Part shown: positions 34,010 through 44,392 of the stretch, one piece after another
Numbering within the stretch: position 1 is the stretch's first letter
How the letters are laid out: each line of letters opens with the position of its first letter
DNA from: an uncultured Desulfosarcina sp.
GTDB lineage: Bacteria > Desulfobacterota > Desulfobacteria > Desulfobacterales > Desulfosarcinaceae
Reading direction: 5' to 3'
Assembly (NCBI GenBank): GCA_963674945.2
Contig: CAXXWQ010000001.1
Location: 320,001 to 384,000, forward strand
Length of the DNA: 64,000 nt
Notes under the pieces: model-generated
What the model saw: only the letters and a program-made list of their open reading frames with translations
Told to the model about the DNA's origin: nothing
The model's database searches: none
Position numbers and translations under genes: made by a program

Positions 34010-34999
34010 TTACACTGGCTTGACGGCACGAACCAGGCTGTCCATCTGTTTTCCGGAGACGATCCATTCGACATCTTCAAATCCCGCCGATTCCAGGGTC
34101 TCTTTGACCTCACCGAACGTGTAGGTGTCACCGCCCGGTGTGTTGACCAGCATGTTCAGGGCAAACAGCGTCCCGGCTGGCGGCTGGGTGCGCGTTGTGT
34201 CCATGATGTGGTCCCGGATGAGCAGCACCCCACCGTGGCCGAGGGCATGGTATATTTTTTGATACAGCGCCAAATTCTGGTCTGGGCTGTTCTGGTGAAT
34301 GATGGCAGACAGCAGTGCAAGATCGCATCCGGCGGGAAGGGGATCTTTGTAAAAATCTCCCTCAACAAATGTCACCCGGTCTTCAATCCCTGCCTCTTCG
34401 ATCTTTTGTTTGGTAATGGGAATCACGTTTTTCAAATCGAATACAACGCCGCGCAGTTGCGGATTTTTTTTCAGAAATGCGATGGTGTACGCACCGGAGC
34501 CGCCGCCCACATCCAGCAGTTTCTTATGGGCATGCGAATCAAACGCATCCGCAATTTTCATGGAAAGTCGTTGGGCGGCCACGTGCATTGCGCCAATAAA
34601 AGAACGCCGCTCATCCTCCGACGCCGCATCGACAACCGGTTTACAATCCGGGTTGGTTCCGTATTCGGCGACGGCGGTCAGATTACTCCAGTTGCGCCAT
34701 ATGTGGCTCATATGCAGGACCATGGGCAGGACCGATTCCGGGTGACGGGATGAAAGCGTCGATCCCGCCGGAGTTGTCCGGTATTTCGTGTCCTGCTTTT
34801 CGAGGAGTTTGAATGCAACCAGGCTGTCGAGGATGCGGGTGGTCGCCCGTTCGTCGAGATTCCGGTCCCCGATCAGCTCTGCAATTGTCAGAAAATTTCC
34901 GTCCAGCCGTGTAAAAACGTCCAGATCTGCACCGGTTAGAATCACACGGCTTTTCATAAATCCGCGGACGTCGGCCATAATGTCTGTTTTCGTTTCCAT
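34010..34999 (-). CDS. SAM-dependent O-methyltransferase (dimerisation + Methyltransf_2 domains)
   Basis: 'LLDVGGGSG', 'VEGDF', 'LSAIIH', 'LNMLVNTPGG'. Confidence 0.9.
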   Translation of the reverse strand: METKTDIMADVRGFMKSRVILTGADLDVFTRLDGNFLTIAELIGDRNLDERATTRILDSLVAFKLLEKQDTKYRTTPAGSTLSSRHPESVLPMVLHMSHIWRNWSNLTAVAEYGTNPDCKPVVDAASEDERRSFIGAMHVAAQRLSMKIADAFDSHAHKKLLDVGGGSGAYTIAFLKKNPQLRGVVFDLKNVIPITKQKIEEAGIEDRVTFVEGDFYKDPLPAGCDLALLSAIIHQNSPDQNLALYQKIYHALGHGGVLLIRDHIMDTTRTQPPAGTLFALNMLVNTPGGDTYTFGEVKETLESAGFEDVEWIVSGKQMDSLVRAVKPV

Positions 35000-35084
35000 C
35001 GTGTTTACCCTCTTCTCTATGGGTTGGTCGAGGTTGACTCATCCGTCTTGCATTTCAAACGCTACCCGTACTCATTATAATCAG

Positions 35085-36251
35085 TCAGGGTCGAGGAAAA
35101 AAGCGCTCCCATGCCTCCCCGGGACGCTTGGTCTTGCAGCAACAATGCGTTGCAGGCCGATCTTGCCGGCCAAGACAAAAGCAGTACGTATTGCAGGAAT
35201 TGCAGGAAACAATTTCGTCGGCCCGGTTCTCGATGGTCTTGTTCACCCAATAGGGATCGCAAATCAGTTGCCGGCAGATGGCGACCATATCAGCCTGCCG
35301 CCTACCTAAAATATCTTCGGCAACGTCCGGTGTGTTAATACGCCCAACCGCCACCACGGGTATGGTAACACTCTTTTTGATTGTCTCCGCCATGTGAGCA
35401 TAGACTCCCATAGGGGACTTTTTGAGTGGTGCCGGGTAATTGAGAAATTCGGTTGTACTGGAAATACCGACTGAGACGGTGAGACAATCAACAGTAGCTC
35501 TTTCAAGCGCAACAGCAAAGTCTGCTGCATCATCTGGCTTCACACCTTCTGGTGCCTCGTCGGCAGCCCCCAGTTTGACGAAGATGGGATAGCTTTTCCC
35601 AACGGCCTTTCTCATGGCGGTGATGCATTCCAGACCGAATCTCATTCTGCTGGATGGCCCACCGCCATAACGGTCCTTTCGTCGATTCACGATTGGTGTA
35701 AAGAACTGATAGGGGAGTTGGGCATGTCCGTGGGCCAGATGTAATTCCACGAAGTCAGCTCCCAGATCCCTAATCCGGGAGGCCGCTATACCAAACCTGT
35801 TGATGACTGTCTCGATCTCTTCAATTGTCAGCTGGCGCATCTTCTGACCCAAAGGGGGAACATGGCGTTCGACACGCGGTGAAGGCGCCACCCACTCTTG
35901 AGGAAATGGCGATCGTGCTTCTCCTGACGGATACAGATTCGTGTGAAATAATTGTACACCAACCTTGGTTCCGCTTCCGTGCATTCTGTCGACAAGGTGC
36001 TTCAATGCCTCCATGCGTGAATCGGGAGCTACGGTTTGTTTCAAGTCCTCGTCAGGTATCAGGGAAGAAGGTGGCAGGCCACCGATAATGATGGCGCCGG
36101 TGCCACCACTGGCACGTTCGGAATAGAAGTCAATAATGGTTTGGGTCGGACCGTCAAGTCCCAGCCCCATAGCAAGCGTGCCGATGGCAGGCATCACCAC
36201 GCGGTTCTTAAGCTCCATGTTTCGAATCATGATGGATTCACATAGCTTCAC
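35085..36251 (-). CDS. NADH:flavin oxidoreductase (Old Yellow Enzyme/dienoyl-CoA reductase-like TIM barrel)
   Basis: 'LKNRVVMPA', 'VELHLAHG', 'NRRKDRYGG', 'VAVGRI', C-terminal CNSCNTYC. Confidence 0.88.
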   Translation of the reverse strand: MKLCESIMIRNMELKNRVVMPAIGTLAMGLGLDGPTQTIIDFYSERASGGTGAIIIGGLPPSSLIPDEDLKQTVAPDSRMEALKHLVDRMHGSGTKVGVQLFHTNLYPSGEARSPFPQEWVAPSPRVERHVPPLGQKMRQLTIEEIETVINRFGIAASRIRDLGADFVELHLAHGHAQLPYQFFTPIVNRRKDRYGGGPSSRMRFGLECITAMRKAVGKSYPIFVKLGAADEAPEGVKPDDAADFAVALERATVDCLTVSVGISSTTEFLNYPAPLKKSPMGVYAHMAETIKKSVTIPVVAVGRINTPDVAEDILGRRQADMVAICRQLICDPYWVNKTIENRADEIVSCNSCNTYCFCLGRQDRPATHCCCKTKRPGEAWERFFPRP

Positions 36252-36627
36252 AAATTCCTCCTGAAGGTTCTACAACGGTGGCAGGTCTCTGCAGCTGTCG
36301 AAGCGTTCCCTCTTCCACGGAATGAAACGTTTGATAGCATGCACTGATTGATATTGACAAGTGGCTTGTGCTATGCTCTGCCTGAAATCCGGCGGGGATG
36401 GATGAAGAAGCACGGATCAATGCTTTGGTGGCAAAAGCATCGGATCGTCGGATCATCTCGGAGGTTGAATCATCAATATCTGGGCTCCGAGACAGTATCA
36501 TGGGGCTGTTCAAGAAGTACGGATAGAATCGACCTGATGGAGTGTGTGCGGAATCCCAGGCCATTTCGTTAATGGGACGATCGTTCCGGCCGAAGCAGGC
36601 TGGCGTGCTGCGTAAGGAGGTAGCGTA

Positions 36628-37941
36628 ATGGCTGAGATAAAATCGCTTGCAGATTTCTGTGAATTGATTGAGAAGGGATTTCTTGAGAATTGCCTCGTCG
36701 CTCAAGGGGAGGATTGTGGTCTGTGCATGGCGAACTGTCCTGTCTTGCTCGATCCGAAGTTCGGTCTGGCTCATAAGGGCCCAAACGCCGTCATGAAAAG
36801 CGTTTCGGATTTACTGAGAGGGAAGTCGGTCTCTCCAGAGGCATATCTCTGGGTTTTTGGCTGTGGGGGAGGATGCAGCAATTTATGTCAGGGAGTCTGC
36901 CCGTCCGGGATCCAGCCAGGTGCATTACATATTGCCGTGGCACGGCGGTTGTATGAAGCGAATATGGGGCCTCCACCTTCCTACCAAGAATTACTTCCGG
37001 GAAAATATCGTTACAGCGCTGCGCATGTTCTCGGCGATCTTGTAACGAAAAAGACAGAAAGGCCCTGGCTGACACTAACGGAAGTGCCGCACGATCCCGA
37101 CCCGGTGGACGTCGTCCTATTTAACAGCTGTGTTTCCCATAAGATGCCCAACGTGATCATGGACGCCATGGATATCCTCACCAGAATGGGGGTCAACTTT
37201 ATCACTGTCGCTGGACCCGAGCTTTGCTGCGGAGCCGTCCCGCTCAGGTATGGTCTCGTGGAGGAAGCGCAGAAACTGGCTGAGACATTTGTCGCCACCA
37301 TGAGCGCATTTCGGGCCAAGAAAGTCGTAACCGCATGTCCGGGATGTACCATCTTCAGTAATGGTCTTCTATCGATGCTCTTTCAGGTTCCATTTGAGAC
37401 CCAGCATATTACGGATTTTCTGGCCGATAACACGGACAATCTGAATTTTACTGCGAAGCCAAAGCGTGTGGTTACGATACATGATGCTTGTGCCCAAATT
37501 AAATACAGTGGATGTGATTCGCCGCGCAAGATGCTTCAGGCCATCCCCGGTATAACGTTGGTGGAGATGAAGCATAATAAGGAGAACAGTATTTGCTGTG
37601 GTGGCTTAACCAATGTCCATTTTCCCGATACGATGAAGAATCTGCATAAGAGCAGAGGCGATGAGGCAGTGGCTGCGGGCGCCGAAATACTGACGACTGT
37701 ATGTCCGGATTGCACCTCAGCATTTTACCACTTTGAAGAGAATTATCCCCTTCAGGTCAAGCATGCCGTGAGTGTTCTGGCTGAAGCCATGGGGATACAT
37801 AATGAAGACAAACTGAAGCGGTATGTCCTTACCAGGGACATAGACAAGGTGCTTGCCGAGGCTCGAGATTGCATTGATGCCAGCGATTTATCCCCGGCGG
37901 AATTTGAATATGTGTTGCGACACTGTCTGGGCTACTTTTAA
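36628..37941 (+). CDS. Fe-S oxidoreductase with CCG domains (HdrD/GlpC-like)
   Basis: N-terminal Cys clusters; two CCG motifs ('LCCGAV', 'ICCGG'); 'TACPGC', 'TIHDAC', 'TVCPDC'. Confidence 0.88.
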   Translation: MAEIKSLADFCELIEKGFLENCLVAQGEDCGLCMANCPVLLDPKFGLAHKGPNAVMKSVSDLLRGKSVSPEAYLWVFGCGGGCSNLCQGVCPSGIQPGALHIAVARRLYEANMGPPPSYQELLPGKYRYSAAHVLGDLVTKKTERPWLTLTEVPHDPDPVDVVLFNSCVSHKMPNVIMDAMDILTRMGVNFITVAGPELCCGAVPLRYGLVEEAQKLAETFVATMSAFRAKKVVTACPGCTIFSNGLLSMLFQVPFETQHITDFLADNTDNLNFTAKPKRVVTIHDACAQIKYSGCDSPRKMLQAIPGITLVEMKHNKENSICCGGLTNVHFPDTMKNLHKSRGDEAVAAGAEILTTVCPDCTSAFYHFEENYPLQVKHAVSVLAEAMGIHNEDKLKRYVLTRDIDKVLAEARDCIDASDLSPAEFEYVLRHCLGYF

Positions 37942-37969
37942 TCTAACGCATTTGTTTTTCTTTCTATAC

Positions 37970-39619
37970 CTATAGTAACAATAGCTGAAGGATCGGAATG
38001 AGATCGGGCATACTGAGGTTCTCCTGAGCGGTGTATTCATATGCACCGATATCGCATTTTTCATCCCGGTTATAACCACGCTGGTCGGTTGATGGCGCTC
38101 CCGAATTCGATCCTGCGTCGATGGCCGGACTTTTTTCGGGCAGGGCGACGGTCATGGTCGGTCCACCGTTGTCGGCCAGGTTTTGTGGCTGGGGATCGGC
38201 GATGATAACCGTGGGCGTAACCAGACAGTCATCGGGCGTGCCAATTTGGTTAAAGCGTTCTTGCGGATACTGAAGGTTTCCGCCGCTGTCCATATCCGCT
38301 TGTCTGTTCATTTGATAACAGGCCCAATCCCTTTCTGATTCATTGTAGTAAAACAAGTTGTTCATCAAGCGAACCGTGGCACTGTTGCTTGCCTGAATGC
38401 CGCCTCCGTGAAACCACGCATAATTGTTAACGAAGGTGCAATTGGTAACCATTGCCTCCCCCTGGCCGAGAACGAGGCCGCCACCCATGCCAAGGGAGGT
38501 ATGGCTGGTCTGGTTGGCCGAAAAAGTCGAGTTAATCACGTTTATTCGCCCCAAGGCGGTCACCCACGCCCCCCCGCCCTGCTTCCATCCGGTGTTCTGG
38601 CTGAAAGTGCATTCCAGAATTTCGACATTCAGCTCATCGGACCCGCCATCGTGGTCATCTTCGATATGATAGATCGCCCCGCCGTGCCCTTCTGTCTCGC
38701 TGGCTCCGGATGAAGTGTTGTTTATGAACTGGGATTTTTCATAGGTGGCCGTAATTCCTTTATTGTCCGAAACGGTTACTTTGAGCGCACCGCCACCTCG
38801 AACCGACGTATTGTTTTCAAAAACAGACCCGCAGACATGCACCCGTTTATTGGAATCGGGGTTGTAACTGTTGGTAACACCGTCCAGATGAATGGCACCG
38901 CCATGACCCTTTACGATATCGCCGGTGGATTCATCGACGGCACCATTTCCTGTGAAACGGGAGTTGAAGACAAACAGCCCTGTGGCAATGCCGCCAAAGG
39001 CACCTCCGTTTCCGGCTTGATTGTCGGTGAAGGTAGTGCCCGATAGTATCGTTTCGTAGCTGTTGGAGACGAAAATGGCGCCTCCCTGGTTATCCGCTGT
39101 ATTGATGTCGGTGGTGGCATTATTCTCAAACGTGCAATTGATGATGTATAGGCGTGTGCCCGGATGCCCTACGTTAATGGCGCCTCCGGAATGATCACCC
39201 GTCCCGCCGCCGGTTGGGGCTTTGCCGTTGATCAGACGAATATTCTGCAAGGTGATGGACACCGTGTAGGAAGGGTCATGCCATTCCTTTTTAAAGATTC
39301 GTGTCACGCCTTGTCCATCCAAAGTGACCAGACCTTTTCCATCCAGAACCGTATCGTGGCTTGTGCTCAAGGTAAGCTGTGAGTTTATATTGATGGTGAT
39401 GGGCGTCGTCGTGTCGAAGGTGATATGCCCGCCGTTGTCGAGGGCCGACTGCAGCGCAGTCTGGGTAAATTGGCCGATAATGGTCGGATTTGAAAGCGTG
39501 ACCGGTGCAACGGGAGAAGTACAGATATCTAACTCGCTCCCGAATCCCATCGACCGATCCGGTTTGATGACAAGGAACAGAAAAATAATGGTGATGATAA
39601 TCGTTGGTTTCGTTTTCAT
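37970..39619 (-). CDS. Secreted beta-helix (GGAI/FxxN repeat) protein with choice-of-anchor-Q-like domain
   Basis: Signal peptide, repeated 'F..N.....GGAI', 'LADNGGPT...SPAIDAG...DQRG...CDIGAYE'. Confidence 0.85.
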   Translation of the reverse strand: MKTKPTIIITIIFLFLVIKPDRSMGFGSELDICTSPVAPVTLSNPTIIGQFTQTALQSALDNGGHITFDTTTPITININSQLTLSTSHDTVLDGKGLVTLDGQGVTRIFKKEWHDPSYTVSITLQNIRLINGKAPTGGGTGDHSGGAINVGHPGTRLYIINCTFENNATTDINTADNQGGAIFVSNSYETILSGTTFTDNQAGNGGAFGGIATGLFVFNSRFTGNGAVDESTGDIVKGHGGAIHLDGVTNSYNPDSNKRVHVCGSVFENNTSVRGGGALKVTVSDNKGITATYEKSQFINNTSSGASETEGHGGAIYHIEDDHDGGSDELNVEILECTFSQNTGWKQGGGAWVTALGRINVINSTFSANQTSHTSLGMGGGLVLGQGEAMVTNCTFVNNYAWFHGGGIQASNSATVRLMNNLFYYNESERDWACYQMNRQADMDSGGNLQYPQERFNQIGTPDDCLVTPTVIIADPQPQNLADNGGPTMTVALPEKSPAIDAGSNSGAPSTDQRGYNRDEKCDIGAYEYTAQENLSMPDLIPILQLLLL

Positions 39620-39662
39620 TTACTGGGAGCCCCCCCCCATTCACCGAAATAAAAAACGTAGA

Positions 39663-39692
39663 CATAAGTACTCATAAGTACTCATAAGTACT
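39663..39692. repeat. Tandem repeat (CATAAGTACT)x3
   Basis: Three exact 10-bp units between the corrinoid gene stop and the beta-helix gene leader. Confidence 0.9.
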
Positions 39693-40368
39693 ATAGAATA
39701 CCCCCAAGTAACCCCTCGCTATCCAAAAATATGCATAGCTTGTCCAACGTATCGAAGCAGTCAAGGCCAAAGGCATCGGCACCCACCTCGTCACACCACT
39801 CATCCTCCATGTCCCATCCACCGACGAAGTAAAAAACATCGTCTCTTACGCCGGCGTCCGTCATCGCCTTATTTATTGCTTCGCAGGCCGGGTTGGAACA
39901 TAACTTAGTCGAAGCCCCTACGAGGTTCGGTTTGTATTTTTTAACGGCGGCAACGAATTTTTCGGCGGAAATGTTCTCGCCAATGTCAATCACCTTTATG
40001 CCGACACCTTTTAAGAATGCGGAAATGAGCTGCTTTCCGATGTTATGGTAGTCTCTCTCCACGGTTCCGATGACCATACTGTATTCATCTCTTTTGCAAT
40101 TGAGGATCGGTACGTCGGATTCGAAAAAGGGAAGAAGTTTGTCCACGGCTTTCTTAAAAACGTCGCCGGCAATGATCATATCCGAAAGGAATCCGCCATC
40201 CTTAAAATCGGCAGTGATGACACGCAGGCCGGGTGCGAGTCCCTTGAAGAATATATCATTGGCGGGAATACCATCTGCTATGGCACCATCCACCAGATCA
40301 TACACAAGATCGTCATCAAGGTTTACGAATGCCTCTGCAATTTTCTGTAATCTCGCCTCATTTTCCAT
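39691..40368 (-). CDS. Cobalamin-binding corrinoid protein (methyltransferase-system type)
   Basis: N-terminal cap domain, DxHxxG motif 'RDYHNIGK', 'VIDIG', 'VGADAFG'. Confidence 0.88.
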   Translation of the reverse strand: MENEARLQKIAEAFVNLDDDLVYDLVDGAIADGIPANDIFFKGLAPGLRVITADFKDGGFLSDMIIAGDVFKKAVDKLLPFFESDVPILNCKRDEYSMVIGTVERDYHNIGKQLISAFLKGVGIKVIDIGENISAEKFVAAVKKYKPNLVGASTKLCSNPACEAINKAMTDAGVRDDVFYFVGGWDMEDEWCDEVGADAFGLDCFDTLDKLCIFLDSEGLLGGIL

Positions 40369-40685
40369 ATTTCAGATCCATCCTAATTCTGTGTCGCAAT
40401 GATTCCGAAAAAAGTACTGCCAGTCTTTCATGATGGCAAATAACCCTGGTATTTTCATGACGCTAAGAAAGATTGATTCCCATCGAGCCATATCGTTCAC
40501 CACCCCATTTTTCAAGACTTACTGCGTAAGGCAAATTGTTAAAAAAAACCATACCAAGCTTCGGCACACATCTGAGCACCTTTCAGGAAAGAAGCGGCAC
40601 TTAAAGTTTCTGTCTTTTTTCCCGATATTTTGATCATTCATAGCAGCAGTCAGCCTCGATAGAATCATAGGAGTGTGATGAGCCA

Positions 40686-42212
40686 ATGAAGCAGGAAGCC
40701 GACGTAACAAACGACTTTTCATTTGAACAGACAATCCAGCTCAAATCCAATAAGGATCTGGCCCGGCGGACGTTCGCCTCCGTATTCGTAATGCTGATCT
40801 ATATTATTTTTGTCATTGCGACGCCCAGTTTCAAGGATCGACCGACTGCGGTGATGGGTTACGGAGCGCTCTTGTTTGTAAGCATCCTGCTGCGTGTCGT
40901 CATGGCCAGAATCGGTCTGGCTTCCGACGCTGTAGCGGTCTCAGCCGACTGGTTGCGCAAATATTGCTTCTCCACCATTCTTTTGAGTGTTGCATGGAGC
41001 GGCTTCATCGTAGGTACCTTTCTGCACTACGGTGCCAATTGGATCTTTTTGCTATTGGTGCTCAGCACCGCCGGTATTGCAGCGGCGGCCACCTCGTCAC
41101 TGGCCCCCAATGCAAAACTGGCCCGTGCCTACGTGCTGATCCTCGTTGTGCCCATCGTCTTTCTCGGTTTCATTGAAGGGTCTCGCCAATCGTATACCAC
41201 CAGCGGCCTGATCTTTCTTTTCGTGGTTGCGTTGATGCCGATGATTCGTGACAACAGCAATCAGTACCGTGCCACTTTAATCACCATCGAACAGCTGAAT
41301 CGACAGAAGGAAGATCTGGAAAAGGTGATTTGCCAGATTGGTGAAAATAGCAGGACCCTCAAAGAGGCATCGTTGAGTCTTTCCAATGTTTCCGGTCAAA
41401 TGTCCCAAGGTGCCAATGCCATGTCCACTGAATCACGACATGTCGCCAGGGAAGCCGGCGATTTTAATTCAAGTTCAAAGCGTAACGCCGAATCGATGCA
41501 GCAGCTGACCCGAAAAACGGATCAGGTCGCCAATTCCATTGAAGGCATGATAACCACCATCGACAGTATTTCCCAAACGACCAGGGACACGAAATCAATT
41601 GCCAGCCGGGCCGTGCACCAGGCTCACAGCGCCACAACAAAAGTCAGCGAGCTGGGCCATTCCGCCCAGGAGGTCGGCAAGATCTCCGAAGCGATCAAAG
41701 AGATTTCGGACCAGACCAACCTGTTGGCGCTCAATGCCACAATTGAAGCCGCCAGGGCCGGGGAAGCAGGCAAGGGGTTCGCCGTTGTGGCAAATGAAAT
41801 AAAAGGCCTGGCAACCCAGACCGCCGAAGCCACAGTTAAAATCAAGAATCAAATCGATACCATTCAAAGGGTGATTGCAGACACGGTATCAGAGATCGGC
41901 AATATATCCGAGATCACCACACAGATCGATTCGTCGATCACGACCTCTGCCGATATTGTGGAGGAGCAGTCGGCTACGACGCGGGCGATTGCCGCTTCCG
42001 TTACTGAGACCTCTGGTGAGATTTCTGAAATCAGTGCAAGTGTGGTTAATGGCAGTGAGGCCGTCGACGGGATCGTCAAGGGTATTACCGCGGTAAGTCA
42101 GGCTGCCGATGAAGTGGCGAACAATAGCAGTCAGGTGGACGCCAGCGCCGAAACATTAATGCAGTTGGCCGATGCACTCAATGAAATTGTGCTGTCAGGC
42201 AGGTCGGTCTAA
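40686..42212 (+). CDS. Methyl-accepting chemotaxis protein with polytopic membrane sensor
   Basis: About 6 TM helices followed by '[29 protein letters not shown]'. Confidence 0.93.
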   Translation: MKQEADVTNDFSFEQTIQLKSNKDLARRTFASVFVMLIYIIFVIATPSFKDRPTAVMGYGALLFVSILLRVVMARIGLASDAVAVSADWLRKYCFSTILLSVAWSGFIVGTFLHYGANWIFLLLVLSTAGIAAAATSSLAPNAKLARAYVLILVVPIVFLGFIEGSRQSYTTSGLIFLFVVALMPMIRDNSNQYRATLITIEQLNRQKEDLEKVICQIGENSRTLKEASLSLSNVSGQMSQGANAMSTESRHVAREAGDFNSSSKRNAESMQQLTRKTDQVANSIEGMITTIDSISQTTRDTKSIASRAVHQAHSATTKVSELGHSAQEVGKISEAIKEISDQTNLLALNATIEAARAGEAGKGFAVVANEIKGLATQTAEATVKIKNQIDTIQRVIADTVSEIGNISEITTQIDSSITTSADIVEEQSATTRAIAASVTETSGEISEISASVVNGSEAVDGIVKGITAVSQAADEVANNSSQVDASAETLMQLADALNEIVLSGRSV

Positions 42213-42249
42213 AATTTTTCTATACAAGTAGGCGAAAAGATCAGAAAGC

Positions 42250-42285
42250 AAAGGGTCAAGGGCAGCCTTGACCCTTTTTATTTAT
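42250..42285 (+). terminator. Intrinsic terminator between convergent genes
   Basis: AAAGGGTCAAGG-GCAG-CCTTGACCCTTT followed by a T-rich run. Confidence 0.75.
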
Positions 42286-42779
42286 TTTATCTTGACCAGA
42301 TCGTCTTTCATAGTATCGGGAACGTCATCCATCGTAATTATCTGAAGCTGATTCTGTTTCGTTGATATCAGCTCTTGATCCAATTCGACATCGAGGTTTT
42401 CTAAGGTCCACATGGCACCAGTCGCAGGATCAACAATCAGATAGCCGATAAGCCCACCGAAAAAGAGATTCCCGGCGATGTACCAGCCATCCACTCCTCG
42501 TTTAATTTGAGTGGTTTGCGACGTAAACCCCTCTTTGGTGAATGTGACGCTGTATTCTTCGCCTTTAAAATATCCAGCCCCTGCCTTTAGAGTCAAAGTG
42601 GTTGGCGTTTTCCCTGAGAAGACCTTCATATTGGCCTTGTTTACGATGGTTATATCTGCTCCATTGGGTTTGCTGTTGATACTCACAGGGTATTCAGACT
42701 TGCTGACAATAGAAGCACAACTTGCAAAAACAGCGGCAACTGCGAATACAGCGACAAATTGAACAGTTCCAGATTTCAT
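42282..42779 (-). CDS. PEGA-like lipoprotein
   Basis: Lipobox 'FASC', 'INSKPNGADI', 'GKTPTTLTL', 'VDPATGAMW'. Confidence 0.8.
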   Translation of the reverse strand: MKSGTVQFVAVFAVAAVFASCASIVSKSEYPVSINSKPNGADITIVNKANMKVFSGKTPTTLTLKAGAGYFKGEEYSVTFTKEGFTSQTTQIKRGVDGWYIAGNLFFGGLIGYLIVDPATGAMWTLENLDVELDQELISTKQNQLQIITMDDVPDTMKDDLVKIK

Positions 42780-43222
42780 TTTCTTCCTCCATGAATTGTA
42801 GATGCCAAATGGCGATTGTTGATTGTCAATAGACGACTTGCCAACATTCCAAATAGCGCTAAAGGTTCCTGATTTTAACTTTTTCGTGCAAGATCTCCAT
42901 AAAAAGACAAACCGCCAAAAACTCTATTGGCTTTGTAGTGCTTCAAAATAGTATATCGGCCGTTATCTCTAATACATAAAAAAATAAGAGAATAATTCGT
43001 ATTGTTTGTAGGTAGTAACTGCCATAGGCGCATCGTGCGAAATTTTGATAGGGAAAGATTTTCATCCTCTTGTGGTGTGAGTATAGGTAGGTATTCGTGA
43101 TACTAAGAAAACTTATAAAACCGTAAGAAAGGGTAACACTTTCTCTGAATAAAAATTACGGAAAACTTGTACAAAGGGACAAGGACAGACTTGCCCCTTG
43201 TTTTCAATTTTAAAAGTTCGAT

Positions 43223-43360
43223 GGTCGACGTTCAGTTCCCTTAGGGACTGGGCGCCTCATTAGCATGGTGCCTGTTAAGTGCTTTGTACTACATGCCTGC
43301 ACAGAATTTCAAAAACGCCGCACGAATAGCCCAGTCCGCTCAACTGCCTTGATGTTGGCC
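43223..43360 (-). mobile_element. attC-like site D (degenerate)
   Basis: Minus strand GGCCAAC ... GGACTGGGC/GCCCAGTCC stem ... GTCGACC, overlapping the VapC stop. Confidence 0.55.
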
Positions 43361-43771
43361 TATGAACTCAGTCAGAAGTCCAGCGTTCTGAGCTGCAACA
43401 AACTGTCTTTTATCAGAAGTTGCAAAAATTTCGGTCTGCCATTCAAGGGCACAGGCGACATGCAAAGCATCCATTGCCCTTAAGTTATTATTCTCTAAAA
43501 GCTTCACAGAACGGGAAATGACCGCCGGGGTAATTTGAAGAACGATTGCGTCACGGACATCTTCCAGCAATTGCCTCTTAATTGTTCGATATTCGCGCAA
43601 CGATAAAATTTGCCCTCTCCGTCTTCGAATTAGCGCAGAAATTATTTCAGGCACCAAAATTGTACACAATGCTAACTGAGACGCCCTCTGCAAAAGAGAG
43701 TCCATACTCTCAGAACCTTGCTCATATACATATCTTTTAGCAAGAGCGGATGAATCACAAAAAAGCTTCAT
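43340..43771 (-). CDS. PIN/VapC type II toxin
   Basis: 'FCDSSALAKRY', 'EIISAL', 'LRAMDALHVACA', 'TSDKRQ'. Confidence 0.9.
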   Translation of the reverse strand: MKLFCDSSALAKRYVYEQGSESMDSLLQRASQLALCTILVPEIISALIRRRRGQILSLREYRTIKRQLLEDVRDAIVLQITPAVISRSVKLLENNNLRAMDALHVACALEWQTEIFATSDKRQFVAAQNAGLLTEFIGQHQGS

Positions 43772-44001
43772 GATTCTGCCTCACGATCCTCCACAATAGC
43801 CGATGATAAATCTGCTCCGCTAATCTGTAAATGAATACCTGGCTCTTTCCAGGATGGTGTTCGTGTATGCCGGTCAGTAAATGGAACAACCTCTGCTATT
43901 GGCTTTCCACGCCTCACAAGGATTATCGTTTCGCCGTGCTCTACTTCAGTAATAAAACTGGATGCTTTTTTTCTAAAATCAGTAAAATTGACTGTTTTCA
44001 T
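43768..44001 (-). CDS. Phd/YefM-family antitoxin
   Basis: 'VNFTDFRKKASSFITEVEHGETIILVRRGKPIAEVVP'; ATGA overlap with toxin. Confidence 0.9.
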   Translation of the reverse strand: MKTVNFTDFRKKASSFITEVEHGETIILVRRGKPIAEVVPFTDRHTRTPSWKEPGIHLQISGADLSSAIVEDREAES

Positions 44002-44054
44002 AATGCCCCCCTATGTGTACATTTAAATGTACACATAGGGGGGCATTATGTCAA
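43999..44054 (-). promoter_or_regulatory. Sigma70 promoter (TTGACA-N17-TACATT) overlapping a perfect 52-bp palindrome (TA operator)
   Basis: CATAATGCCCCCCTATGTGTACATTT|AAATGTACACATAGGGGGGCATTATG at 43999-44050. Confidence 0.8.
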
Positions 44055-44064
44055 GCCGTTTGAA

Positions 44065-44097
44065 GGCCAACATTGATATTCTATAGACGTCTATTTT
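44065..44097 (-). mobile_element. attI-like cassette-entry site 2
   Basis: Minus strand AAAATAGACGTCTATAGAATATCAATG|TTGGCC; core matches R'' GGCCAAC at 43354-43360; 25/27 identical to 14316-14342. Confidence 0.55.
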
Positions 44098-44326
44098 AAC
44101 TGCTACCCGTTACGGAAATAAACATCACGTAAATCGCTATCAGCCACGCAGGTACCAAAGCGACCCAATAAAGACATAAAGAACTGAAAAGTATCGGAAG
44201 GCAAATAACTAATTCCATGCACAAGTACGCCCTAAAGAAGTTTCGATTTTCAAAGCGCCGTATTTCTCGCCTTCTTCCGAAAAAAATATTTCCTCTATAA
44301 ATAGATCATCCTTCAATATCGGGCTT

Positions 44327-44389
44327 GTTCAACAACCGGATAAGATCGTGGCTCGCTTCGCTCTCACGATCTATCCTTATTCGTTCTGT
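44327..44389 (+). mobile_element. attC-like site C (polarity apparently opposite to the others)
   Basis: GTTCAAC aacc GGATAAGATCGTG gctcgcttcgctct CACGATCTATCC ttattc GTTCTGT; extra base in the left arm when read on +. Confidence 0.7.
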
Positions 44390-44392
44390 TTT

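Noticed and set aside
36628..40368. Selenocysteine or pyrrolysine recoding in the CCG or corrinoid genes
   Set aside because: Both ORFs appear complete without internal stops
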